Source of the DNA: Synechococcus sp.
GTDB taxonomy: Bacteria; Cyanobacteriota; Cyanobacteriia; PCC-6307; Cyanobiaceae
Direction: 5' to 3'
Assembly: GCA_047285305.1 (NCBI GenBank)
Contig: JBJBDL010000003.1
Span: 1,952,001 to 2,016,000, forward strand
DNA length: 64,000 nt
In this document: piece by piece, positions 28,512-38,925 of the stretch
How the letters are laid out: each line of letters opens with the position of its first letter
Position numbering within the stretch: the stretch's first letter is position 1
Position numbers and translations under genes: made by a program
Notes under the pieces: model-generated
The model's input: the letters and a program-made list of their open reading frames with translations, nothing else
What the model was told of the DNA's origin: nothing
The model's database searches: none

Positions 28512-30132
28512 CGCGCAGATTCACGCCAACCGCCTCCTTCACCACCTCAGCGCAGCTTTCCAAGCTCCACTGTTCAAGGCTGACGTTCTGGTTGACCCGC
28601 TCAGGGACGATCTCCAGATCCAAAGTACCCTTCACCGCATGAATGCGGAGTGCTGAGATCACCGGCTCAGGCCTGCGATCCAGAGCCGCGGCCAAGCGCA
28701 GCAGCAGGGCCATCTGATGAACACAACGACGGTTGTCTCGGGTGGCCACAAGCTGCCAGGACTCATGGCGTTTCTTCGGCAAGCTGCGGCGGTGATAGCG
28801 AGCAATGGCCGCCACCATCAGGTGCTCCGCCTCGGAATAGCCCAGCAGCTCACCATGACGAATCAAATACCAGGTGTGCTTGTGGTAAGCGCTGATGTTG
28901 ATGTGCTGTCCAGAGGTATGGAGCATGGCGGCAGCCCAAAGCAATTCGCGCCCTTCGCCCCTGTCGTCATGCATCACGCCTCGCGTGGCGTCGTAGAGGC
29001 TTAGGGCATGGCTGGCAACCCGTTCAGCCCTGCTCTGGTTCACCGCAAAACGCTGCAACTGATGAAGCACGGTGCGTTGCCTGATGCTGCTTTGGAAGCT
29101 GAAGCGGTCTTCCAAAAGACCCTGGCGAAGCATCCAATCAACAATCAAACCTTCCCTGAGCGCCCGCTCACTGAGCAGGAAGTCCTCCACACCCAGCATC
29201 TTCATGGTGGTTTGCAGAATCAGCGCACCGGGAACGATGATTTCAGCCCGACGATCATTGATGGGAGACAAACCCCGTCGCTGCGCAGGGGTCATCGTGA
29301 TCAGACGATTAACCACCTTGTTCAGGCTCTGCCGGGTGACGCGGTACCCATGCAATTTGGTGGGTGGGCGCTCCTCTTCACTCGCCGCAAGGGAGCCAAT
29401 CGCCATCGCCGTGCCGCTGGTGGCCACCAAAACAGGGATTTCTCCGGGTTTGATCCTGCGACGCACTTTGTCGACCGCAGGTTCAAGTGACCCCTGAATG
29501 AAGGCCTGCAGAAACGATCGACGTTGAGGGGGCATCGGATCTTCCCGAACAAAGTCCCGCTGGAGTCGCACAGCCCCCACACGGGTGCTGGTCAGGGCGC
29601 GGGCATCATGACCATCGGCAAGGATCAGTTCCGTGGAGCCACCGCCGATGTCGAGCAGAAGATGCGGACGATCTCCAAACGGCATTCCTGAGAGGACGCC
29701 CAGATAGATCAGCCGGGCCTCCTCAGGGCCGCTGACCAAATCCACCTCGATCCCCAGATCGTCGAGGATGGTCTGAAGGAAATCGCGACCATTGGGTGCT
29801 TCACGAACGGCACTCGTCGCCGCTGTGACGATCTGCTCAACCGAGTAACTGGCGGCGAGATCTTTGAACTGGCGAAGGGTTGCCAGCCCCAGTTGCATCG
29901 CCGCCTCGGTCAGCTCACCGGTCTCAGGATCACGCTCCCCCAGACGCGTGGTGACCTTTTCAGCCTGGATGATCTGAAATGTGCGCAGCTTCGAATCAAC
30001 GGCTGCCACCAGAAGATGAAAGGAATTGGTCCCGATATCGATGGCGGCGATCCGACGCAAATCAGCGTTCACTGCCTGAGACACGCCATTGTTCTGTTCC
30101 GTTGGCTGGGCTGGGGCCTTGGCATCCAGCAT
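28495..30132 (-). CDS. ppx: Exopolyphosphatase Ppx/GppA
   Basis: AAIDIGTNS, ATSAVREAPNG, DIGGGSTE, ALREG. Confidence 0.95.
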   Translation of the reverse strand: MLDAKAPAQPTEQNNGVSQAVNADLRRIAAIDIGTNSFHLLVAAVDSKLRTFQIIQAEKVTTRLGERDPETGELTEAAMQLGLATLRQFKDLAASYSVEQIVTAATSAVREAPNGRDFLQTILDDLGIEVDLVSGPEEARLIYLGVLSGMPFGDRPHLLLDIGGGSTELILADGHDARALTSTRVGAVRLQRDFVREDPMPPQRRSFLQAFIQGSLEPAVDKVRRRIKPGEIPVLVATSGTAMAIGSLAASEEERPPTKLHGYRVTRQSLNKVVNRLITMTPAQRRGLSPINDRRAEIIVPGALILQTTMKMLGVEDFLLSERALREGLIVDWMLRQGLLEDRFSFQSSIRQRTVLHQLQRFAVNQSRAERVASHALSLYDATRGVMHDDRGEGRELLWAAAMLHTSGQHINISAYHKHTWYLIRHGELLGYSEAEHLMVAAIARYHRRSLPKKRHESWQLVATRDNRRCVHQMALLLRLAAALDRRPEPVISALRIHAVKGTLDLEIVPERVNQNVSLEQWSLESCAEVVKEAVGVNLRVRVQG

Positions 30133-30189
30133 CAACGTCAGAGCGGCAATTAAATCCACTCTGCCACTGACGGCCGAGGCCATCAGGCC

Positions 30190-31113
30190 ATGACTAGGGT
30201 TCTTCAAATCCCGTTGATTGTGATCAGCAGCTCTGCCCGTCTTCAGCCCTGGATCGAACTGCTCCGCTGGAACAAACCCACCGGCCGGCTGATTCTGCTG
30301 ATCCCAGCAGGCTGGGCCCTCTGGCTGAATCCAAGCGCTCCCCCAAGCGTTTTGCTGATCCTGCAGATCCTGCTGGGGGGCCTGGCGGTGAGCGGTGCTG
30401 GCTGCATCGCCAATGACCTCTGGGACCAGCGCTTCGACGGCCAGGTGGAACGCACACAACATCGGCCTCTGGCCAGAGGTGCACTGCAGCGAGGGCCAGC
30501 CTTGGCTTTGCTGCTGATCTTGCTGGGCCTCAGCCTGGCTGTTGTGCTGAGTCTGCCGGCTGCCAGCCTCAGACTCTGTCTAGCATTGGCCTTCACGGCC
30601 GTACTGCCGATCCTCGGCTATCCATCGGCAAAGCGGTGGTTCGCCTTCCCCCAGGCGATCTTGGCGCTGTGCTGGGGCTTCGCGGTGCTGATCCCCTGGG
30701 CCGCAGGAACGGCCTCCTTGAACTGGAGTCCTGCCCTGGTGTGCAGTTGGCTGGCAACCGTGGTCTGGACTTTTGGCTTCGACACGGTCTATGCCATGGC
30801 CGACCGACGTGACGACGCCAGCCTCGGCCTGCGCAGCAGCGCCCTGAGCCTCGGATCCCGCGTGGTTCCTGTGGTGCGGGGCTGCTACCTCATGACAGCC
30901 ATAACCCTTGCCATGGCGGCCTGGTCGGCTCAGATCCCAGCACCGTTCTGGCCTCTCTGGTTGCTTTCCACTGTCTTCATGCAGCTGAGCTGCAACCCCT
31001 TGAACCAAAAGGATGCCTCCATGGGCACCTACGGGAAGCACTTTGCCCAGCAGGTGCAGGCAGGGACGCTGCTCTGGCTCGGCCTGGTTCTGGCCAGGGG
31101 ATGGGGAGCATGA
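30190..31113 (+). CDS. ubiA: 4-hydroxybenzoate polyprenyl(solanesyl)transferase
   Basis: RWNKPTG, NDLWD..FD..VERT..RPLA.G, FDTVYAMADRRDD. Confidence 0.92.
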   Translation: MTRVLQIPLIVISSSARLQPWIELLRWNKPTGRLILLIPAGWALWLNPSAPPSVLLILQILLGGLAVSGAGCIANDLWDQRFDGQVERTQHRPLARGALQRGPALALLLILLGLSLAVVLSLPAASLRLCLALAFTAVLPILGYPSAKRWFAFPQAILALCWGFAVLIPWAAGTASLNWSPALVCSWLATVVWTFGFDTVYAMADRRDDASLGLRSSALSLGSRVVPVVRGCYLMTAITLAMAAWSAQIPAPFWPLWLLSTVFMQLSCNPLNQKDASMGTYGKHFAQQVQAGTLLWLGLVLARGWGA

Positions 31114-31997
31114 TGCGCATCACACCGGCTCCACCGCTCCGATCTGGAGACCGTGTCGCCTGTGTGGCCGCCAGTTCAGCCCTGCAGGACGACATCAAGC
31201 TGCAGGAGGGCATTGCGGTCCTCCAGAGCTGGGGCCTTGATGTTCAACCCCAGACCTTGGCCAGCCGACGTTGGGGCTACTTCGCAGGGCGCGATGACAC
31301 GCGTCATGCCGACCTGCATCCGGCCGAACCAGCAGCGCTGCTCGCCTGTGCCCGCGGTGGATGGGGGGCTGCTCGGCTGCTGGAGCAGCCCATCCGCTGG
31401 CAGAGCGGCTGGCTGCTGGGCTTTTCCGACGTGACAGCTCTGCTCTGGGCCCGCCAAGCAGCAGGGTTTGGAGGGGGCATCCATGGCCCCTTGCTCACAA
31501 CACTCGCGGAGGAGCCGCAATGGAGCCGTGACCGCTTGCGCAACCTGCTCTTCGGAAACAACGTCCCTGACCTGCAAGGTCGGGGTGGTGGCGGCGGGGT
31601 GGGGAGCGGTCCCCTGCTCGTGGCCAATCTGACCGTGGCCACCCACCTGTTGGGAAGCCATTTCGTGCCCCCCCTCAAGGGAGCCGTTCTGGTGCTGGAG
31701 GACGTGGGTGAAGCGCCTTACCGCATTGATCGGATGCTGACTCAGTGGAGGCTGAATGGCAGTTTGCAGGGCCTGGCGGGTCTGGCATTTGGCAATTTCG
31801 AAGGGTGCGCCGACGAAACCAGAGACGCCTCCGAAAGCTTCAACCTTGAGCAGGTTCTTGAGGAGCGCACGGCCGATCTCGGCATTCCAAGAGTGATGGA
31901 CCTGCCCGTTGGTCACCGATCCGGAAACGCATCCCTGCCCATGGGGGCAATCGCACTCCTTGACGGCGAAAACGGCCGGCTCAGCCTGCTGACCTGA
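31110..31997 (+). CDS. ldcA: LD-carboxypeptidase (peptidase S66)
   Basis: [28 protein letters not shown]. Confidence 0.92.
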   Translation: MMRITPAPPLRSGDRVACVAASSALQDDIKLQEGIAVLQSWGLDVQPQTLASRRWGYFAGRDDTRHADLHPAEPAALLACARGGWGAARLLEQPIRWQSGWLLGFSDVTALLWARQAAGFGGGIHGPLLTTLAEEPQWSRDRLRNLLFGNNVPDLQGRGGGGGVGSGPLLVANLTVATHLLGSHFVPPLKGAVLVLEDVGEAPYRIDRMLTQWRLNGSLQGLAGLAFGNFEGCADETRDASESFNLEQVLEERTADLGIPRVMDLPVGHRSGNASLPMGAIALLDGENGRLSLLT

Positions 31998-32661
31998 GAG
32001 CAAGCACCGCCTCCGCGACGGTGAGGTCAAAGGGCGTGGTGACCTTGATGTTGGCGGGACCCGCATCCAAGACCTGCACAGGCCACCCCAGACGCTCGTA
32101 CAACGACGCATCGTCGGTGACCGTCCAGCCCTGGGCAACCGCCTCAGCGTGGCCGCGACGAAGCTCATCAACGGCAAAGCCCTGCGGCGTCTGCGCAGCC
32201 CAAAGCTCTGATCGATCCGGCGTATCGCGAATCACACCATCAGATCCCACGCGCTTGATCGTGTCGCTCACCGGCGTTGCAGCAATCAGCGCCGTGCCGG
32301 CCTCCACCGCAGCTGCACAGCGATCAAACAACTCCGGTTCAGCCAAACAGCGGGCGCCGTCATGAATCAAGACGTGCCGAGCCTGCTCCGGCAACCCTGC
32401 CAGACCACAAAGCACCGACTCCTGCCGCGTGCTGCCGCCCTGGATCCAGTGCACCGGCTTGCTGGGTGCGTCCAGCACCGCAAGGATGGCCTCTCGATCG
32501 ACCTTCTGGCCGACGATCCCGATCCATTGGATCCGCTCGGAACGCAGGGCCGCCTCCAGGGTCCAGGCAATGACGGGGCGTCCGGCCAACGGCAGCAGCA
32601 GCTTGTTGCGATCCGCACCCATGCGCCGACCGCTTCCCGCCGCAGCAATCAACAGATGCAC
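31981..32661 (-). CDS. ispD: 2-C-methyl-D-erythritol 4-phosphate cytidylyltransferase
   Basis: [37 protein letters not shown]. Confidence 0.96.
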   Translation of the reverse strand: MHLLIAAAGSGRRMGADRNKLLLPLAGRPVIAWTLEAALRSERIQWIGIVGQKVDREAILAVLDAPSKPVHWIQGGSTRQESVLCGLAGLPEQARHVLIHDGARCLAEPELFDRCAAAVEAGTALIAATPVSDTIKRVGSDGVIRDTPDRSELWAAQTPQGFAVDELRRGHAEAVAQGWTVTDDASLYERLGWPVQVLDAGPANIKVTTPFDLTVAEAVLALRSAG

Positions 32662-32733
32662 AATCGACTCCTGCCCCAGACAGGCGTAAACGACCTCCAT
32701 ACAATCAGCTCGCACCATGGATGGCGGCGCTGC

Positions 32734-33567
32734 ATGCGAGTTCTTGCCCTGAGCCCGGGTTCGCTCGAAGACCAGCTGGACCGTCTACCGGCTCTGGCAG
32801 ACATCTGCCAGAAACTCAACGCCAGCCTGCAGGTGGCCTGTGAGCCCCAGCAGGCAGCTCCATGGAAGCTTCTGCCGTGCCTGGAAAAGCTGTTGCCGTT
32901 CAACTTCGAGGCCAACCCCACCCTTGCGGACTGGGCCAACCTGCTCGGTTGTGTGCGCGAACCCGACTTTCAAATCTGCCTCAACTTCGCTGAAGGGCAG
33001 CAGGTGAACCTAATGCTGTCGATGAGCCATATCCCCAAACGGTTGGCGGTTGAGGGATTTTCCTGCACCGACCAAGTCAACGTCGGTCCAGGCTGGACGG
33101 CGCAGCGTCTCAACCCCTTCCTTCAAGCCCTGGGCCTTGATCTCGAGGCCGATCAGTTCCGCCTGCCCCTGGCGGCAGAGGCTCTTGAGGAAGCCCGTGA
33201 AGCACTGCCCAGCGGTGACGGCCCCCTACTGGTGCTGTCTCCATCCGGCCAGGGGGATGACTGGCCTTCAGCGGAATGGCACCAGCTGCCTGAAACGATC
33301 AAAAGCCGTCTACCGGCGCTGCGCAGCATGGTTCTGCCAGCCGAGCTCAGCCTGACCAAACGGGCGGCCTTGGTGGCCAATGCCGATGTCGTGCTCAGCA
33401 GCTGCCCGGTGTCCCAGCGCCTGGCGACCTATTGCGGCACCCCCCTGGTTGCCCTCGGAGCCGAGGCCGCAGACCTTCCCGAGCGCCAGGAGATCCGCTG
33501 CCTCGGCCGCCCGCAGGAGCTCGCCACACTGCAGAGCAGTGATGTGCTGACGGCCCTCGGTTTCTGA
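32734..33567 (+). CDS. Glycosyltransferase family 9-like protein
   Basis: MRVLALSPG...[14 protein letters not shown] pattern of the cyanobacterial GT9-like protein beside ispD. Confidence 0.75.
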   Translation: MRVLALSPGSLEDQLDRLPALADICQKLNASLQVACEPQQAAPWKLLPCLEKLLPFNFEANPTLADWANLLGCVREPDFQICLNFAEGQQVNLMLSMSHIPKRLAVEGFSCTDQVNVGPGWTAQRLNPFLQALGLDLEADQFRLPLAAEALEEAREALPSGDGPLLVLSPSGQGDDWPSAEWHQLPETIKSRLPALRSMVLPAELSLTKRAALVANADVVLSSCPVSQRLATYCGTPLVALGAEAADLPERQEIRCLGRPQELATLQSSDVLTALGF

Positions 33568-33578
33568 GGAGACGTCCG

Positions 33579-34634
33579 ATGAGGCGGCGCCGAGCCAGGG
33601 GACAGCTGAGGCTGATCACAGCTCCATGGCGGGGGCCCATCAGTGCCCTCAGCGCTGTGATCTTCGCGGGTGCCCTCGGTTATCGGATCACGGAGGGATG
33701 GGACTGGGGCGATTGCCTCTGGATGGTGCTGATCACCATCAGCACCATCGGTTTTGGAGAGGTCGCCCCGCTTTCACCTCCAGGCCGCCTGGTCACCGTC
33801 TTGATCGTGGTGGGTGGCTTGGTGGTTGTGCAACTGGCCATCCAACGCGTTCTCGGGCTGAAGGAGTCGGGATATTTCCGCAGACTGCGGGAGTTCCGCT
33901 TTCTCCGCATGCTGGAAGGCCTTCACGACCACGTGATTCTTTGCGGCTACGGCCGGATCGGGCAGGAGATTGCAGCCCAACTGCAACGGGACGCAGTACC
34001 ACTCGTAGTAATCGAAACCGATCCAGAACGACAAGCCGTGGCAGACGAGAATGGCCTCTGGGTGCTTCAGGCCGATGCAACCCTTGATGAAACCTTGCTG
34101 GACGCAGGTCTGGAACGGTGCTGCAGCCTTGTGGCAGCCCTACCCAGCGATGCCTCGAATCTGTACGTGATCCTCAGCGCCAAAGACCTACGACCGGATT
34201 GCCGCTTGATTGCCCGCGCCAACAGCGATGAAGCCGCCTCAAAGCTGAGGCTGGCAGGCGCCACTGTGGTGGTCAGTCCCTATGTAGCCGGTGGTCGGGT
34301 CATGGCCGCTTCGGCGCTGCGACCGCTGGCCCTCAACTTCATGGAGCTGTTGGCTGGCTCCGACTATGAAATCGAGGAATTCCAGCTGAGTCACGACCCT
34401 CTGCACCTGATGGAGATCCGCGGGCGGAGCCTGGCGGAACTAGAGCTGGGCCGTCGCAGTGGGGCCATGGTGCTGGCGATCCGGGAGAACGGAAAGCTGA
34501 TCGCCAATCCAGGCGGCGACACCCAGATGGCACCGGGGCAACTCCTGATTGTGCTGGGGAGCAAAACCCAACTCGCCACCTTTCAGTCGTTGCTTGGGGA
34601 GGCCGTCGACACGATTCAAGTCATGCCGGGTTGA
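33579..34634 (+). CDS. Potassium channel with RCK (TrkA-N/C) domains
   Basis: Two TMs flanking pore TISTIGFGE; ILCGYGRIG Rossmann motif. Confidence 0.92.
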   Translation: MRRRRARGQLRLITAPWRGPISALSAVIFAGALGYRITEGWDWGDCLWMVLITISTIGFGEVAPLSPPGRLVTVLIVVGGLVVVQLAIQRVLGLKESGYFRRLREFRFLRMLEGLHDHVILCGYGRIGQEIAAQLQRDAVPLVVIETDPERQAVADENGLWVLQADATLDETLLDAGLERCCSLVAALPSDASNLYVILSAKDLRPDCRLIARANSDEAASKLRLAGATVVVSPYVAGGRVMAASALRPLALNFMELLAGSDYEIEEFQLSHDPLHLMEIRGRSLAELELGRRSGAMVLAIRENGKLIANPGGDTQMAPGQLLIVLGSKTQLATFQSLLGEAVDTIQVMPG

Positions 34635-34681
34635 GCTGGATGACGACGGCTCCGTACGATCCTCCGATCAACGGTGCCTCC

Positions 34682-35434
34682 ATGTCTCCCAGCGCTTCTC
34701 TTGCCGGACAGACCGCCCTGGTAACGGGAGGAGGTCGCGGCATCGGCCGGGCCATCGCCCTGGCCCTTGGCGAAGCCGGTGCAGAGGTGGTTGTGAACTA
34801 CTCCAGTTCCGCCGCCGCAGCCGATGAAGTTGTCGCTGCCATCACAACAGCAGGGGGCAAGGCCTATGCCCTGCAAGCCAACGTGTCGGTTGAGGCCGAG
34901 GTGGATGGCCTGATCAAGGCGGTGCTGGAGCGCAGCGGCCGTTTGGATGTGTTGGTGAACAACGCCGGCATCACGCGGGACGGCCTGCTGATGCGGATGA
35001 AAACCGACGATTGGCAATCGGTAATCGACCTTAACCTCAGTGGAGTGTTCCTCTGCACGCGAGCCGTGGCACGCCCGATGCTCAAGCAGAAGAGTGGTCG
35101 GATCATCAACATCACCTCCGTTGTGGGGCTGATGGGCAACGCAGGACAGGCCAACTACGCCGCCGCCAAAGCGGGCGTCATCGGTCTCACCCGCAGCACC
35201 GCCAAAGAGCTCAGCAGCCGTGGCATCACCGTGAACGCTGTGGCTCCGGGTTTCATTGCCACAGACATGACCAAGGACCTTGATGCGGAGGCCATCCTCA
35301 AAAACATCCCCCTGGGAACCTTTGGCACCCAGGAGCAGGTGGCCGGTGCCGTGCGCTTTCTTGCCGCCGACCCGGCCGCGTCCTACATCACAGGCCAGGT
35401 GCTGCAGGTGGATGGCGGCATGGTGATGGCCTGA
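34682..35434 (+). CDS. fabG: 3-oxoacyl-[ACP] reductase
   Basis: TGGGRGIG, NNAGITRD, GQANYAAAK. Confidence 0.96.
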   Translation: MSPSASLAGQTALVTGGGRGIGRAIALALGEAGAEVVVNYSSSAAAADEVVAAITTAGGKAYALQANVSVEAEVDGLIKAVLERSGRLDVLVNNAGITRDGLLMRMKTDDWQSVIDLNLSGVFLCTRAVARPMLKQKSGRIINITSVVGLMGNAGQANYAAAKAGVIGLTRSTAKELSSRGITVNAVAPGFIATDMTKDLDAEAILKNIPLGTFGTQEQVAGAVRFLAADPAASYITGQVLQVDGGMVMA

Positions 35435-35443
35435 CCCTCAGGA

Positions 35444-35620
35444 TCAGGAATCAAGTGGTTGGGCCAACTCATCCCGCAGGCGGCGGATGCGCTGGAGCAG
35501 GCGTAACCGTCGACTGCGGGCTGTAGCGGTGAGAAAGATGCGCAAGGGCACGTAAACCAGGGCCATCGAACCGGCCAGCCCCGCCATCAGGACAAAAAAC
35601 AGCGCTCCGGATTCACCCAT
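35444..35620 (-). CDS. Small membrane protein, 58 aa
   Basis: MGESGALFFVLMAGLAGSMALVYVPLRIFLTATARSRRLRLLQRIRRLRDELAQPLDS; fills the fabG-groEL gap; below ORF-track cutoff. Confidence 0.75.
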   Translation of the reverse strand: MGESGALFFVLMAGLAGSMALVYVPLRIFLTATARSRRLRLLQRIRRLRDELAQPLDS

Positions 35621-35672
35621 GAACGGACCCTAATCAGTTCATTTGAGAGCGGCATCCGGGCGGCCCCCAACC

Positions 35673-35688
35673 ATTCGGCTTTCCCCAC
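35673..35688 (+). promoter_or_regulatory. K-box-like element upstream of groEL2
   Basis: ATTCGGCTTTCCCCAC versus consensus GTTCGG-NNAN-CCNNAC (2 mismatches). Confidence 0.35.
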
Positions 35689-35751
35689 CACACCGCCTCT
35701 CCACGAGGGCCACATCGCTGTGGGACAGTGACCAACGGCGTGCCCGCGACT

Positions 35752-37431
35752 ATGGCCAAACTCCTTTCCTTCTCTGACGAATCCCGCAGCGCCCTTGAGC
35801 GGGGTGTAGATGCACTCGCCGATGCGGTGCGCGTCACGATCGGCCCCCGCGGTCGCAACGTTGTGCTCGAGAAGAAATTCGGCGCACCAGACATCGTCAA
35901 CGACGGCGACTCAATCGCCCGTGAAATCGAACTGGACGACCCGTTCGAAAACCTTGGCGCCAAGCTGATGCAGCAGGTGTCCTCGAAGACCAAGGACAAG
36001 GCCGGTGACGGCACCACGACCGCAACCATTTTGGCTCAGGCCATGGTGCGGGAAGGTCTACGCAACACCGCTGCTGGCGCAAGCCCTGTGGAACTCCGCC
36101 GAGGCATGGAGAAGGCCGCTGCACAGGTCGTGGCTGGACTGGGCGAGCGGAGCCAGGCCGTGGCAGGCGATGCCATTCGTCAGGTGGCAACGGTGAGCTC
36201 CGGCGGTGACGACGAAGTCGGTCGGATGATCGCGGAGGCGATGGACAAGGTGAGCACCGATGGGGTGATCACGGTTGAGGAATCGAAGTCTCTGGCAACG
36301 GAACTGGAAATCACTGAAGGCATGGCCTTCGACCGGGGCTACAGCTCCCCCTACTTCGTGACGGATGCCGACCGTCAGGTCTGTGAATTTGAAAACCCCC
36401 TGATCCTGCTGACGGATCGCAAGATCAGCACGATCACGGATCTGGTCCCCGTGCTGGAGACGGTTCAGAAGAGTGGTTCTCCCCTGCTGATCCTCTCTGA
36501 GGAAGTGGAAGGCGAAGCCCTCGCCACCCTTGTGATGAACAAGAGCCGTGGGGTTCTGCAGGTGGCCGCTGTTCGGGCACCCTCCTTTGGCGAACGCCGC
36601 AAGGCAGCCCTCGCCGATATCGCCATCCTCACGGGCGGGACGCTGATCAGCGAAGACAAGGCGATGACCCTCGACAAAGTGACCCTTGAGGATCTCGGCA
36701 AAGCCCGCCGCGTCACCATCAGCAAGGAGAGCACCACGATCGTCGCCACCGACGACCATCGCCAGGCGGTGAGCGAGCGCGTCGGCGCGATCCGACGTGA
36801 ACTGGAGGCCACTGAATCCGACTACGACCGCGAAAAACTCCAGGAGCGAATCGCCAAACTGGCCGGCGGCGTGGCTGTGATCAAGGTCGGTGCACCGACG
36901 GAAACAGAACTGAAGAACCGCAAACTGCGGATCGAGGATGCCCTGAATGCCACCCGTGCCGCCGTGGAAGAGGGCATTGTTGCCGGCGGCGGCAGCACCT
37001 TGCTGCAACTCTCCGACAGCCTGGATGCCCTGGCTTCATCCCTGAATGGCGACCAGCGCACCGGCGTTGAGATCGTGCAGCGGGCACTGACGGCGCCGAT
37101 TCATCAGATCGCCACCAATGCCGGTCAGAACGGTGACGTTGTGATTGCTGGCATGCGCAGCCGCGGCCAGGGATTTAACGCCCGCAGTGGCGCCTACGAA
37201 GACCTTATGGCTGCTGGGATCGTTGATGCCGCCAAGGTGGTGCGCTTGGCCGTGCAGGATTCGATTTCGATCGCTTCTCTGCTGATCACCACCGAGGTTG
37301 TGATTGCCGACAAGCCGGAACCCCCTGCACCAGCTCCCGCCGGAGACGGAGACCCCATGGGTGGCATGGGCGGAATGGGTGGCATGGGCATGCCCGGAAT
37401 GGGCGGCATGGGAATGCCCGGGATGATGTGA
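35752..37431 (+). CDS. groEL2: Chaperonin GroEL (monocistronic groEL2)
   Basis: [17 protein letters not shown], long GGM tail; no adjacent groES. Confidence 0.97.
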   Translation: MAKLLSFSDESRSALERGVDALADAVRVTIGPRGRNVVLEKKFGAPDIVNDGDSIAREIELDDPFENLGAKLMQQVSSKTKDKAGDGTTTATILAQAMVREGLRNTAAGASPVELRRGMEKAAAQVVAGLGERSQAVAGDAIRQVATVSSGGDDEVGRMIAEAMDKVSTDGVITVEESKSLATELEITEGMAFDRGYSSPYFVTDADRQVCEFENPLILLTDRKISTITDLVPVLETVQKSGSPLLILSEEVEGEALATLVMNKSRGVLQVAAVRAPSFGERRKAALADIAILTGGTLISEDKAMTLDKVTLEDLGKARRVTISKESTTIVATDDHRQAVSERVGAIRRELEATESDYDREKLQERIAKLAGGVAVIKVGAPTETELKNRKLRIEDALNATRAAVEEGIVAGGGSTLLQLSDSLDALASSLNGDQRTGVEIVQRALTAPIHQIATNAGQNGDVVIAGMRSRGQGFNARSGAYEDLMAAGIVDAAKVVRLAVQDSISIASLLITTEVVIADKPEPPAPAPAGDGDPMGGMGGMGGMGMPGMGGMGMPGMM

Positions 37432-38121
37432 TCAGCTGATCATTCCCTGCCGATAGGCGATCACCTGGAGGTCCACTCCGGTGATCGCCGTCCCCACCAC
37501 AACGGTGTCGGCTCCAGCATTTAATGCCAACCGTGCATCCGCTGGAGAAGCAATTCCCCCCTCACAGATCAGACGAACCGAACTGGGAAGTTCAGCGCGA
37601 AGTTGGGGGAGCAGATCAAACGCAGGGGGGCGCTGCTGTGCCGTGTCTTCCGTGTAGCCGTAGAGCGTGGTGCCAACCCAGTCACAGCCCAGTTCGGCTG
37701 CCCGCAAACCATTCTCTAGCGAATCCACATCAGCCATCAGCGGGGCCCTCAGCTCATCACGGCTGCGCTTGATCAACGCGGCCAAGTCCTGCCCTGCAGG
37801 GCGCGGACGGGCTGTGGCATCAATCGCGATCACATCTGCCCCCGCAGACCACACAGCCTGAATTTCTCTCCAGCCCGGGGTGATGTACACCGAGCTATCC
37901 GGGAACGTGCATTTCCAGAGGCCGATGATCAAGGCATCCGGACAGCGCCGACGCACAGCACCGATGTGTTCAGGACTTTCCAAGCGCACACCCACAGCCC
38001 CATTGCGCAGGGCTGCATCCGCCATGGCTGCGATCACATCGGGATCGCGCATCGGCGAACCCTGGGGGGCCTGCACCGAAACGATCAGGCCCTGATCCAG
38101 GGATTCAGGGTTGGGAATCAT
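37432..38121 (-). CDS. nanE: N-acetylmannosamine-6-phosphate 2-epimerase
   Basis: GLIVSVQA, IIGLWK, VYITP, GTTLYGYT, EGGI, VVGTAIT. Confidence 0.93.
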   Translation of the reverse strand: MIPNPESLDQGLIVSVQAPQGSPMRDPDVIAAMADAALRNGAVGVRLESPEHIGAVRRRCPDALIIGLWKCTFPDSSVYITPGWREIQAVWSAGADVIAIDATARPRPAGQDLAALIKRSRDELRAPLMADVDSLENGLRAAELGCDWVGTTLYGYTEDTAQQRPPAFDLLPQLRAELPSSVRLICEGGIASPADARLALNAGADTVVVGTAITGVDLQVIAYRQGMIS

Positions 38122-38126
38122 GGTGA

Positions 38127-38921
38127 TCAGGACGCCTTAGGGAAAGCGTCATCCTCCCGGCGGGGTAGCCAACGCCGCAGCGAACGGGGCGTGCTGATCG
38201 GTGGGGCAGGCACAGGAGCCACCGGGAAGCTGCGTTGAAGCGGCGTTTCTTCAGCTGCACTCTCGTCCTCTTCGACGATCGTTTCCTCTGCAGCGACCAC
38301 CCCGTTCTGCATCACCTCGCTCTCAATCAACACGTCGTCTTCATCCGCAATCTGCTCCTCTTCTTCAACGACCATCTCGTCCTCTTCGACGGTCGTTTCC
38401 TCTGCAGCGACCACCCCGTTCTGCATCACCTCGCTCTCAATCAACACGTCGTCTTCATCCGCAATCTGCTCCTCTTCTTCAACGACCATCTCGTCCTCTT
38501 CGACGGTCGTTTCCTCTGCAGCGACCACCCCGTTCTGCATCACCTCGCTCTCAATCAACACGTCGTCTTGAGGAGCAATCTGCTCCTCTTCTTCAACGAC
38601 CATCTCGTCCTCTTCGACGGTCGTTTCCTCTGCAGCGACCACCCCGTTCTGCATCACCTCGCTCTCAATCAACACGTCGTCTTGAGGAGCAATCTCCTCC
38701 TCTGCGACAGGCATCGGCGCGGAACTGAACTCATGTTTCGAAGCTGACGGTTCCGGCAAGCGCAGATCAAGCTCAGCTGCCCCGTCAAAGCCGTAACGGT
38801 GAACCCACTGACTGATCAGACCCGCTAGCAAGGCCTCATCACCTGAGGTTCTGGCCTCCTGGATCTGAAGGGCTAGAGCGTTCTGTCGAGGTGATGGCTG
38901 CTGGAACGGAGAAGAAAGCAC
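38127..38921 (-). CDS. Hypothetical protein with expanded acidic 38-aa repeat
   Basis: Unique ends (QWVHRYG; PAPPISTPRSLRRWLP) around a Glu/Val-rich repeat. Confidence 0.8.
   Translation of the reverse strand: MLSSPFQQPSPRQNALALQIQEARTSGDEALLAGLISQWVHRYGFDGAAELDLRLPEPSASKHEFSSAPMPVAEEEIAPQDDVLIESEVMQNGVVAAEETTVEEDEMVVEEEEQIAPQDDVLIESEVMQNGVVAAEETTVEEDEMVVEEEEQIADEDDVLIESEVMQNGVVAAEETTVEEDEMVVEEEEQIADEDDVLIESEVMQNGVVAAEETIVEEDESAAEETPLQRSFPVAPVPAPPISTPRSLRRWLPRREDDAFPKAS
38261..38703. repeat. 114-bp tandem repeat, ~3.9 near-identical copies
   Basis: Units start at 38261, 38375, 38489, 38603. Confidence 0.95.
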
Positions 38922-38925
38922 GGAT

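Noticed and set aside
38261..38703. Possible CRISPR array
   Set aside because: Units are contiguous with no unique spacers, are a multiple of 3 and lie in a coding frame; no cas genes in the window
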